This document shows positions 48,251 to 58,502 of a stretch of 64,000 nt of DNA, in pieces (position 1 is the first letter of the stretch; each line of letters begins with the position of its first letter). Both the position numbers and the translations under genes were made by a program. The notes under the pieces were generated by a model. That model did not search any database, was not told where the DNA came from, and saw nothing but the letters and a program-made list of their open reading frames with translations. Source of the stretch: Podospora anserina (taxonomy: Eukaryota); assembly GCA_017654855.1 (NCBI GenBank), contig CM030332.1:3038001-3102000 (forward strand). The letters are read 5' to 3'.

Positions 48251-51200
48251 CTAAAACCCAATCATATCCCCCACCAAAACCAACCTCCACCTCTCCACCG
48301 CCTCCCCCAACCTAACCAGCACCCCCGCAGCCAACATCCTCACCCTCTCCTCCTCCCCCCCTTCATCCCCCCCCCTCAAACCCGCAAACACCCCCCCAAC
48401 CCAATCCTGCGCCTCCACCACCTCCCTCCCCATCTCCCTGCACACCTCCCTCATCCGATCCTCATTCACATCCAGCAACGCCATAAACCCAAACAGCACC
48501 GCCCCCGTCAACTGCAAATCCCCCACCGCCTGTGCCCTCACACTCGTATTCAACAACAACCTCCAAAACTCCCCCGTCATCTGCGGCAACGACAGCGTAC
48601 TAGGTCCAGAAGCGTGGATAATCAACGCCAACGTCTTGAGGTAGAGCGACAAAAGGTAAGGGTTGAATAATATCCCCCTTGTTCGTGACGAGGACGAGTG
48701 TAAAGCCGCTTGGAAGCGGGAGATGAGAGGGGAAAAGAAGTATGTTGATAACACCCCGGCGGTAAGGTTGGGGATGCTTCGGATTCGGGGCTTGGTTTTG
48801 GTTATGTAACGGACTTTCTCGGGGTTGTTCAAGCGCTCTGTAAAAGTGGACAACTTCAGGGCGTTGGGACCGGTGGCATTGTCGGCTGCTTCTGCGGCCA
48901 TTGGTGCGAGGAAGGCGTCGGCTATGGAAGTGGCTATGCCATCTAGGGCGTTTGGGGGGAGGGGTTCAAGAGTGGATGACGAAGAGGGTTGATAAATAGA
49001 GGTGGATTGGGGTAGGTAAAGCTTCTCGACTTTTTCGGGTAGGGTCTTGGACGGGAAGGCGGAGGCGGCCGAGTAAGTAGATGTTTCGAAGCCGGTCAGT
49101 TCTCTCGAGGTTAAACCCAAGACGATCAGAACAGAGGCTCGTTGGGAGATGGAGTAATCGCCATCAAAGAATGTTTTGGCGAACCAAGGGGCCATGACCT
49201 TTGGCTGGGCGATGACCAGAGCGATCATTCCCTGGAGTCGGAGGTCGTCGAAGTCTTCCATCTCGAACTTGTCGCTTAGGCCGATCAAGAGACCAGCGAG
49301 CTCGTCAGAGTGCTCTTTGACCTCTGTTCCGTACTCGGCTTTTCGGCGGATGAGTGTTGGAGCTGTTGTAAGGGCTAACCGCTGAAGGTCGTAGCTTTCT
49401 GTGTCACGGAGGTACCGTATCAAGTCCCTGATGTACACTGGGGCCTTTGGCTTGTCCCTTCTGATCAACGTCGGGTCATCATCCGAATCCTCTTCGTCAG
49501 ACTCAGGCTTTGCGTATGGCACAAGGTCATCCTCCTCCGGCCCTTCTTCATCGCTAAGCTCTTCGATGATGAAGCCGGCCTGTGGATGCTGGCCAGGGGG
49601 TCTTGGTGCTGTTTTTGCTGCTTTTGATGGGGATGTTTTCCTCTTTGGACGAATTGTCGGCGGCGACTCAAACAGAGATTCCATGCTCCCAATCTCATCC
49701 GAGACCTGTGTCAACCCCTTGTACCATGTGGCCATCTCCTCGAACTCTCCTTCCGTGTTGAAGTTGAGCCGCTTGTCGCCCTTATCGACCAGGTTAGAGA
49801 GAGCCTCGCCTATCCACATGCCCAACAAGCGGGCTTTCTGGTGAGGTGCTGTCAGTCTGTTGGAGATGGCGTTCAACCAAACACTGGTGCGCATCATCAA
49901 AGTGAGCTTGATAGGTGACAATCGATGTACATAACCGGCGCTCAGCAATAGAACTTCGGCATGGGCTGCATGTAGAGTTAGCGACCAGCCTCCCAGCTGT
50001 GACCACTGTGCTGGTACTGACCTTCCTGTTGTAGCATTGGTGAATGCTTGATGTAGAGCTGATCTCCAAACTGACTCAAGCTCTTTTCCAGTACAGCAAC
50101 AATATCATCCCGGTTTTGAGAGACGACGGCTAGTACTGTTCTCCTGATGCCCACCCCTTCGCCAAGACCGGCCCCTGATGAGCTGGTGAGCCATTCCACC
50201 AAGTAATTCTTGAGACTCGTGCTTTCGCCGATGATCGATTTGATTGCGCCAGCAACCGCAGATACTATTGGCTTGCTTTCTTCAGAGTCGCAGTGCCCGA
50301 GTCGATCGAGATATTTTGAGGAGAACAACTTCAGTATGGAAAACAACACCTTCCGTTGCTCTGTAGGCGGCAGATTGCTCAGCAGCATGCCGAACTTGGA
50401 CGGGTCTGCTCCTTTCTTCAGCACCAGTTCTCCCAGGACATGCTTGGTCAAGATTTCTGCTTGTAGTTAGTATATGATAGAATGCTTCGTTACCAAGCAG
50501 GAGTCACGTACCACCATGACCCAATTTCAGTCCCTTCGAAAAGAGATCCGAACCGAACTTTGGACTCTCAGTGGCCCCATTTGATAACTGCCAGGTAACA
50601 ATATTTCTCCCCAACCATGCGGTGTACTGCTGTGCATCTGCCACCCAGATCTCATAGTCCCCATCTTTCGCGGCCTTGTTCGCCTTGACAATACTCTCAG
50701 CCTCAGCAGCAAGCGAGACAATCCTGCCACCACCAAATAGGGTCAGGATCTCTTGTGCTCTTGGCCTCATTCGCACCGCTGAAGTGGCAGCATCAGGGCC
50801 AGATGACCCTTTGGCAGTCTGCCAAGCCTCGAGAATCCACCCGTCTCCTTTCAGCAAGCCCCCCAACAGGTCCAAGAGAGTTTCAAGGTTGAGATGAATG
50901 TCTGGTCTTTTGAGCTTCCCAGGTCCTTCACTTTCGGCTTTGTATTCTTGTATCAAAGCCCGCAGACGGACTAGAATCGCGTTGATGCCTGTGATACTGG
51001 AAAGACAATAAAGCAGGAGCTTGACCCCGGAATTCTTGCTGTCTCCAGCATCTTCTTGGAGTAGAATCCAGTGGTTTGTGACGATTTCCGAGACCAATAC
51101 CTGGACAAGTTGTGCACTGATGGGACTGGGACGCTTGATGCTGGGAATATCATTTTCTGACTGATGCTTGGAGAGAAATCGTAGAGAGGCGATGAGCTCG

Positions 51201-51376
51201 TCATAGCTAGGTTGTTGTTTCAAGAGTTCGAGAGCATCTTCTGGTGAAGCAGGGGCGGGTTTGCCTGATGTTGCTGTTGAAGATTTGGGTTGAGAGCTGG
51301 CGAGGCCTTGTGGTGTTTCTGATTCTTTCTTGTCTGTGATTCGAATGGTACTCACTGGTGTCAAGAAGTCATCCAT
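48251..51376 (-). CDS. TEL2: Telomere length regulation / TTT complex subunit Tel2, 3 exons
   Basis: Introns 50511-50457 and 50021-49966 join three ORFs. Motifs FGDQLYIKHSPMLQQE, ARLLGMWIGEALS, LVPYAKPESDEEDSDDDPTL, APVYIRDLI. Confidence 0.93.
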
Positions 51377-51946
51377 GTTGAGCGAATGAGAGAGGCAAAG
51401 CGTAAACTGGAATTCAATTTTCTAGCGTACAAGTCAGTTATGGACTATACAAGTAGATGAGAGTTCTTAATTACTTTGAAAGTCAACCAACTAGGCCGCC
51501 TACCTTTGACCTAGGTAATTTCCAGTTGTGAAGTTGAGCTCCTCCTGAGCTTTCGTTGGTACCTAATCAAGTAGATTGTCAGTGTGTTGATGTAGCAGGA
51601 TGTAATGCCGAGTCTGAAAGAGCAGCTAAAGCTCAGAATCGAAAGTGAGGTTCAAACCCAAATTCATGTCGGCAGGTCATTCGCAATGAGGCTTGAAACA
51701 AGAGCTTACAGCGACTTGCATGGTACAAATGAAGTAAATAGCGGGCCGCTCTCGCTAAAAGGACGCGGAAACGCCATATCGATAAGCCCCAGGGAACAGC
51801 TCCAGGCAGTTTCGGCGCATTGGAGCTCGAACCCCAGCTTCCCCTCCAACCTCCAACCCCACCTGAGACCAAACATCACCACCCAAAGTCAACATCACCA
51901 GCCTCTGCCCTCCCGACCTTACCATCTTCACATTACCGCAATCACC

Positions 51947-53248
51947 ATGTCTGCCGGGCCGGTCCACCCCTCCTCTGAACCGGCAAGATGGAAGTATCTC
52001 GACAGAATACGCACCCGGCCAGGGCCCTTCACCACCCCCGAGATGTTCAGCGGTGAAACGAGCGCAGAAGCCATGGACAAGATGAAGATCCTCGTTATCG
52101 GCGCCGGCGGTCTAGGCTGCGAGCTCCTCAAGAATCTCGCCCTCTCGGGCTTCAAAAACATCCACGTCATCGACATGGACACCATCGACATCTCCAACCT
52201 CAACCGCCAGTTCCTCTTCCGCCAGTCAGACGTCGGCAAGTTCAAAGCCGAAGTCGCCGCCGCCTTCGTCGAGAAGCGCGTCAAAGGCGTCAAAATCACC
52301 CCACACAACTGCAAAATCCAAGACTTTGACGAGGATTTCTACATGCAATTCCAAATCGTCGTCTGCGGCCTCGACAGCATCGAAGCCCGCCGCTGGATCA
52401 ACGCCACCCTCGTCAACATGGTCGACGAGACGGTAGAAGACAGCTACAAACCCCTCATCGACGGCGGCACCGAAGGCTTCAAAGGCCAAGCCCGCGTCAT
52501 CCTCCCAACCATCACCTCCTGCCTCGAATGCCAGCTCGACATGCATGCCCCCCGCGCCGCCGTCCCCCTCTGCACCCTCGCGAGCATCCCCCGTCAGCCA
52601 GAACACTGCATCGAATGGGCCCACGTCATCGCCTGGGACAAAGAGAAACCCTTCCCCCAGCTCGACAAGGACGACCCCGAGCACATCACTTGGCTCTACC
52701 AAAAAGCCCTCCTCCGCGCAAAGGAATTCAACATCTCGGGCGTGACATACTCCCTCACCCAGGGCGTGGTAAAGAATATCATCCCGGCCATCGCGGCAAC
52801 AAACTCGGTCATCGCCGCGGCCTGTTGCAACGAAGCCCTCAAAATCGCTACCAACTGCGCCCCTTATTTGGGCTACCCGGAGAATAACTACATGATGTAC
52901 TCGGGCAACGACAGCATATACACGTACACGTTCAAGCACGAGAAAAAGGACGACTGTCCTGTTTGTGGTGTTTCGGCGAGGGAGTTGGCGGTTGACCCAA
53001 AGTGGACGCTGCAGGAGCTGGTGGACTCGTTTGCGGCGAGGCCGGAGGCTCAGCTGAAGAAGCCGAGTGTGAGGGCGGAGGGCAAGACGCTTTATATGCA
53101 GAGTCCGCCTAGTTTGGAGGAGCAGACGAGACCGAACTTGGAAAAGACGCTTGCGGAGGGGCTGGGGTTGATGGATGGGCAGGAGATTGGTGTTACGGAC
53201 CCTGCTTTTGCTACGGTTTCGTTCAAGTTTAGGTTGAAGTTTACTTGA
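51947..53248 (+). CDS. UBA3: NEDD8-activating enzyme E1 catalytic subunit, single exon
   Basis: ILVIGAGGLGCELLKNLAL, DMDTIDISNLNRQFLFR, catalytic PLCTLASIPRQPEHCIEWA. Start placed at CACCATG (51947). Confidence 0.96.
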   Translation: MSAGPVHPSSEPARWKYLDRIRTRPGPFTTPEMFSGETSAEAMDKMKILVIGAGGLGCELLKNLALSGFKNIHVIDMDTIDISNLNRQFLFRQSDVGKFKAEVAAAFVEKRVKGVKITPHNCKIQDFDEDFYMQFQIVVCGLDSIEARRWINATLVNMVDETVEDSYKPLIDGGTEGFKGQARVILPTITSCLECQLDMHAPRAAVPLCTLASIPRQPEHCIEWAHVIAWDKEKPFPQLDKDDPEHITWLYQKALLRAKEFNISGVTYSLTQGVVKNIIPAIAATNSVIAAACCNEALKIATNCAPYLGYPENNYMMYSGNDSIYTYTFKHEKKDDCPVCGVSARELAVDPKWTLQELVDSFAARPEAQLKKPSVRAEGKTLYMQSPPSLEEQTRPNLEKTLAEGLGLMDGQEIGVTDPAFATVSFKFRLKFT

Positions 53249-53769
53249 GTCTGGGACGGAGATTATCTGCGGTCATTTTTCACATTGGGTTTTGCATGGC
53301 GTTGGGGAGTTTTTGGCTTAAAACATGGTGAACATGGTGGAAAGGAAAGGGGCGGGTGGGTAGGATGATACCATTTCAAAGTCAGGAGAGAAGAAGCAGG
53401 ACCTGGGTACATACACATTTTGCAATGGGACAACGGAACCCCAAAAGTAGAATCTAGAAGTAGACAAATTAGACACTTCTTTTCTTCTGACACCGATTCT
53501 CTAATCTTGGCTTTATAAACATCAAAAATAACTACAGTAAAAAAAAGCAAAAAACAACCCAAGCCCCCCAAAAGAATCTTTTTTGGTAAAACCCCGCCTC
53601 CTTGACGCCGTTGCACCCAAGTATGAATGTCTGAATAGTCTAAGATACCGCGCCCCTCCCCTTTTCGACACCTGCGTGTGATCCCTCCTTTGTAGACAAG
53701 AAAAAAAAGGGGGTTATCCATCTATTTTTCTGTGCCATCTTCACTCTTTCGCAACAACAACCAACAGGC

Positions 53770-54959
53770 CTACCTGACCATGTTGACAAGCTGCTTCTCC
53801 AGCGCCTTCGCCTTGGCCTTCAAATGCGACACCGACTCCAGGAAAATCGCATCGCTCTTCCACTGCCCGGTGCTTTCCACGAGATAGATGAAATGATCCC
53901 GTCTCCTGCCAAGCTTAACCTTGTCCTTGAACTCCTCGTGGCGAAGCGCCTCTCTACTGACGGTGTCGCTCTTTGGGTCGACCACAACAGCCTTCAGCTC
54001 TCCCTCGTGGCCCTCATACCCTGATCCCTTCTGGGCAGCCTCCTCTGCGGTCACCTTCTCAAGCCCGATGACGCCCTTGGGGAAGCATCTCTGAAACTTT
54101 TCGGCATCCCGGCCGAGGATAGGTTGAGTGATGGTGATGGTAGGCATGATACGGTACGAAGCGGTAGCAACAGGTGAGAACTTGGCATGATCCGATCCCA
54201 CACCCTTGTGCATGTGCATCTGAACATTGATCTCCTGCCCAGGACGAAGCTTGGCAATTAGTATATCTGGGTTCACCGGCCGAATGATGTCCTCGCCCGA
54301 GAAATAATCCACCTGGCGACCAATAGGCTTGAACACAATATCCTTTGCATACACATGCGCATGATGATACAGCTTGGTGGGGTCCGTCTCGTTCGGGTCA
54401 GCGTTCTCGTTGTGCTCGCACTTGACGTTCAGCTCGAGCGCGACGGTGTTGAAGTCCTTGCATTCAGCCGGGTCGCCGTTGGCGGGCTTCCGATACCACT
54501 TAAGGAAGTCGGTGAGCCCTTCGCGGCCGCCGGTGAAGGGGATGAGGCCCAGGCGGTGGGCGAGAACCTCATCTTGAATGACCGAGGTGTTGTTCCAGAC
54601 GAAGACGTTTTCGATGGCGAGGGTGGGCACGTCGGCGATCATGATGCGGCGGAAGGCGTTGGCGATGGAGGCGTCGATGCCGATGAGGGAGAAGGAGGCT
54701 TCGTGGGGGTCGTTTTGGTGGAATTCGACCGAGAAGCCGCGCTTGAAGCGCTCAATATCCCAGGCGTGGTCTTCGCCGGGGTAGTGGCCGGGGAAATCGG
54801 TCGAAGAGACATCGGTTACGGTCTCGAGGTTGACGCCGACGATCTGTTTGGTGAGTGTCAGTTTGGGGTCTTGGAGGTGTTTGATCTAGGCAGAGATGGA
54901 TGAAGGCAACAGACCTTGCGCTTCTCGAGCTCCTCCTGGGTTGGCGGTTTGTGAGGCAT
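53770..54959 (-). CDS. RPC40: RNA polymerase I/III shared subunit AC40, 2 exons
   Basis: Exon 1 54959-54915, intron 54914-54844. IDASIANAFRRIMIADVPTLAIE, DEVLAHRLGLIP, GSDHAKFSPVATASYR. Confidence 0.96.
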
Positions 54960-55790
54960 TGTGACTGTTTGGGATGGTTGTGGTGGGGTGTGTGTTGCTG
55001 GCTGTCGCAAAGCCGCTGGGAATTTCTTGAGCTCTGGTCGGCTCGCCGCGGCAGAATTTTTGGAATCTCAAATGTTTGGCGGGGACTTTTTGACCGCCTT
55101 TGACCGACCCACTGATAAGCTTGTAATAGGAGTGGTCTGTGCTTCTCGAATTAATATTCTGGCCCAATGTTGACATCAGAAGCTCTTTCTGCTATATTTG
55201 CAATGAGAAATCAACGATATGAAAACACCGGTACGACTCCGTCGTACTTGCTTTTTTCCCGAGCCGTACTTTCCCAGGTCTCAACATTCAAGGACATTAT
55301 TATGCCTGACCAATTCTAAACCCTCATTGGCTTCTCACACAGTCCATAGGGTAGTTCACTTGAAGATGTAAGTGAGCATGAAATGAGGCTATAAACAACC
55401 AGATACGAACTTTAAATCATCAACACCTCATACCTTTATGTCATGCAACTGTGGGTAGCACAAATACCTGTGACGTCGTGAGGCTCTCGATGAGGTGAGG
55501 TTGAAAGTGACATAATTGTCCAATGAGACGCCCCTCAATTGACCCCTGCGCGGATTAACACCCTGCCGGCTCTCGAGCTCCCGTCCAATCAGCAAGCTTG
55601 GGCTGGTGCCACTTGCTTTGATGCCAGTGACGGCTTCGACTGTGAAAGAGCCTCCCCACCCATATCCCAAGCTCGCCTCAGTGCTAGCCATTGACGCCGG
55701 AGAAGAGGCCGCATCTGCGCGAGTACGCAATCCGGCCCCCCTAACCGACGACACCACTTCAATACCCCCCCCCCGAATCCCCTCAGAGAA

Positions 55791-57431
55791 ATGGCGTCGC
55801 TGTACAGGCTCGCCGGCCGCAGCGCCAAGCGCCTCTGTCAAAGGCCATCGTCGCCCTTCCTCACCACCCCGGCCTTCCCTGCTTCCCGCGCCTTCTCCGC
55901 CTCGGCCCTCCGAAGAGCTGGCGAGATCACCTGGGAGGGCACCCGCCTGACCCCTACCAACCCCGACTTCGAAGCCGTCGCCGACCCCTACAAGCACATC
56001 ATCGGCGCCCGGGAGGAAGCCCCCTCAAAAGTCCCTCTCGACACCGAGAACTCGGTCGACGACCGCAAGGTCCGCCACTACACAGTCAACTTTGGTCCCC
56101 AGCATCCTGCCGCCCACGGCGTGTTGCGTTTGATTCTGGAGCTGTCTGGTGAGGAGATCGTCCGTGCCGATCCTCACGTTGGTCTTTTGCACCGTGGTAC
56201 CGAGAAGCTGTGCGAGTACAAGACATATCTCCAGGCCCTGCCTTACTTCGACCGTCTCGACTATGTTTCCATGATGACCAACGAGCAGTGCTTCTCGCTC
56301 GCTGTTGAGAAGCTATTGAACGTCGAGATTCCCGAGCGCGCCAAGTTCATCCGCACCCTGTTTGGCGAGATCACCCGTATCTTGAACCACTTGATGTCCG
56401 TCTTGTCGCACGCCATGGATGTTGGCGCTCTTACACCTTTCTTGTGGGGTTTCGAGGAGAGAGAAAAGCTCATGGTGAGTTCACTTCTTGACGTTGGCAC
56501 TGGCATATCACTAGAGAGGGAACATGGTGAAACACAATGCTGTTGTTCGATTCAAATTCCACCGCAATAACTCCTTAACTCCCAGAATGCTAATATACAA
56601 CCTCTCCTCGTAGGAATTCTATGAGCGCGTCTCTGGCGCCCGTCTCCACGCTGCCTATGTCCGCCCCGGCGGTGTCCACCAAGACATCCCCATGGGTCTC
56701 CTCGACGACATCTACCAATGGGCGACGCAGTTCGGCGACCGCATCGATGAAACTGAAGAAATGCTGACGGACAACCGCATCTGGATCAACCGTCTCAAGG
56801 GCGTCGGCGTCGTCTCGGCCGCCGAGGCCATCAACCTCTCCTTCACGGGCGTCATGCTCCGCGGCTCCGGCGTCCCCTTTGACATCCGCAAGTCCCAGCC
56901 CTACGACGCCTACGACCAAGTCGAGTTCGACGTCCCTGTCGGTGTCAACGGCGACTGCTATGACCGCTACCTCTGCCGCATGGAGGAGTTCCGCCAGTCG
57001 CTGAGAATCATCCACCAGTGCCTCAACAAGATGCCTGCTGGTCCTGTGAGGGTGGAGGATTACAAGATCTCGCCTCCCCCCAGGAGCGCCATGAAGGAGA
57101 ACATGGAGGCCTTGATTCACCACTTTTTGCTGTACACCAAGGGGTATGCGGTGCCGCCGGGGGATACCTACTCTGCGATTGAGGCGCCGAAGGGTGAGAT
57201 GGGTGTTTATGTTGTGAGTGACGGGAGCGAGAGGCCCTACCGGGTGCACATTCGGGCGCCTGGGTTTGCGCACTTGGGTGGGTTTGATCACATTTCCAAG
57301 GGGCATTTGCTGGCTGATGCTGTGGCGGTGATTGGTACGATGGATTTGGTGTTTGGTGAGTTATTTCCCCCTCTTCCCATCTTCTGCTGAGAATTGTGCT
57401 AATGAATTGTGCAGGTGAGGTTGATCGGTAA
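55791..57431 (+). CDS. NDUFS2: NADH:ubiquinone oxidoreductase 49-kDa subunit, mitochondrial, 3 exons
   Basis: Arg/Ser-rich presequence; [30 protein letters not shown]. Introns 56475-56613 and 57356-57414; ends LVFG|EVDR. Confidence 0.97.
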
Positions 57432-57824
57432 ATAGCTGGTAGAGTTGTTGAAAATTCAGTGTTGTTGCATCATCAAAATTTGACCAGTTCCGTTTTTGGG
57501 GTGGTAGATCTTGGGTGATGCTGAGTAGGGGTTAGATGGGGAACCTGCATGTTTGTCTTTTCTTCTTGTTGCTGAAAAGGGAATAGATAGACGAGAAAAG
57601 GGGAGGGGGGGTTGTGTATATTGCTGTTTCGAGAAGTCAGTCGTCGTTGTCGTAAACGAGTCGCCTTTTTCTCTTTTTTAGGCCGAGAAAGAACGAAAGA
57701 AAGAAATACCATGGTCGTGATGAAAATGAACTCAGCGCTGGGGAGGTTTTTGGTGATGATGACGAACTGTAGGGGGCTCTGCTACACTGCTGGGTGTTAT
57801 TGGTACCCGTTAAAGGGGGGAGTG

Positions 57825-58190
57825 ACGGCTCGAGTAGGTGGTCTGATGCCTTGTGGTGACGGCTGTAGGCGTTTCGGGAGAGAGAAGAAGGCTTGCAAAT
57901 GGATCTCATAGGCATCAAACCCATGTTGGGAGGCGTGCTGATATGTTGACTAGGCCTGTCTGTAATAATTCGAGGTCTGTTGATGTTGGTTGTGTGCCTC
58001 GAAAAGATAATTCGAGGCGTGAAATAAATCGCAATCGGCCTGGTGAGATAACTCAAAGGCGTTGAATTGGATGTTGGAGGCGTTGATCTTTTGTGTAATG
58101 AGGCCGGTTTGTTTTGTTTGAGGCGTCCAAAAAGATGATCGAGGCGTGGTAATTTGATTGGGGGGTATGAGTTGCAAGGAGGAAGGGCAT
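57825..58190. repeat. Degenerate 21-bp-period array (core AGGCNT); possible relic of a heptad-repeat reading frame on the minus strand
   Basis: Core at 57889, 57910, 57931, 57952, 57973, 57994, 58015, 58036, 58057 and 58078 (exact 21-bp steps, three cores with 1-2 mismatches), plus 57867, 58101, 58121 and 58142. Confidence 0.8.
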
Positions 58191-58502
58191 TGAGATCTTG
58201 GAGGAGGGGAGGGTTGATGGGTGTATCCTGCCGTGTCGTATGGAGAAGGGAGAAAACGGTGAGAGATGTGGAAACGGTGGATGGGTTGGTTCCGCTTCCA
58301 GAAGGGGTGCCCTTCGTGTTTTGGGGTTTCTGGTGTAATAGGTTAGGATTATGGGGGACTAGGTTGGGAAGGGGGTTTGGTAAGGTACTTACGATAGATA
58401 CCTATGCTCCTAGTTACTGTATGCAATGAATCTCTTGTTCCCAAACTAAAAAAATATATATATATATAAAAAAAAGATCATGTGGAATGTGAGAGGGAGT
58501 TG

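Noticed and set aside
51605..51946. 114-aa in-frame N-terminal extension of UBA3
   Set aside because: No E1-like content and it overlaps the short TEL2/UBA3 divergent promoter. ATG 51947 has a good CACC context. Not formally excluded.
57867..58162. CRISPR-like look of a constant core with unique spacers
   Set aside because: The core is only 6 bp and the spacers 15 bp, the context is eukaryotic and no cas genes are present. Kept as a periodic array instead.
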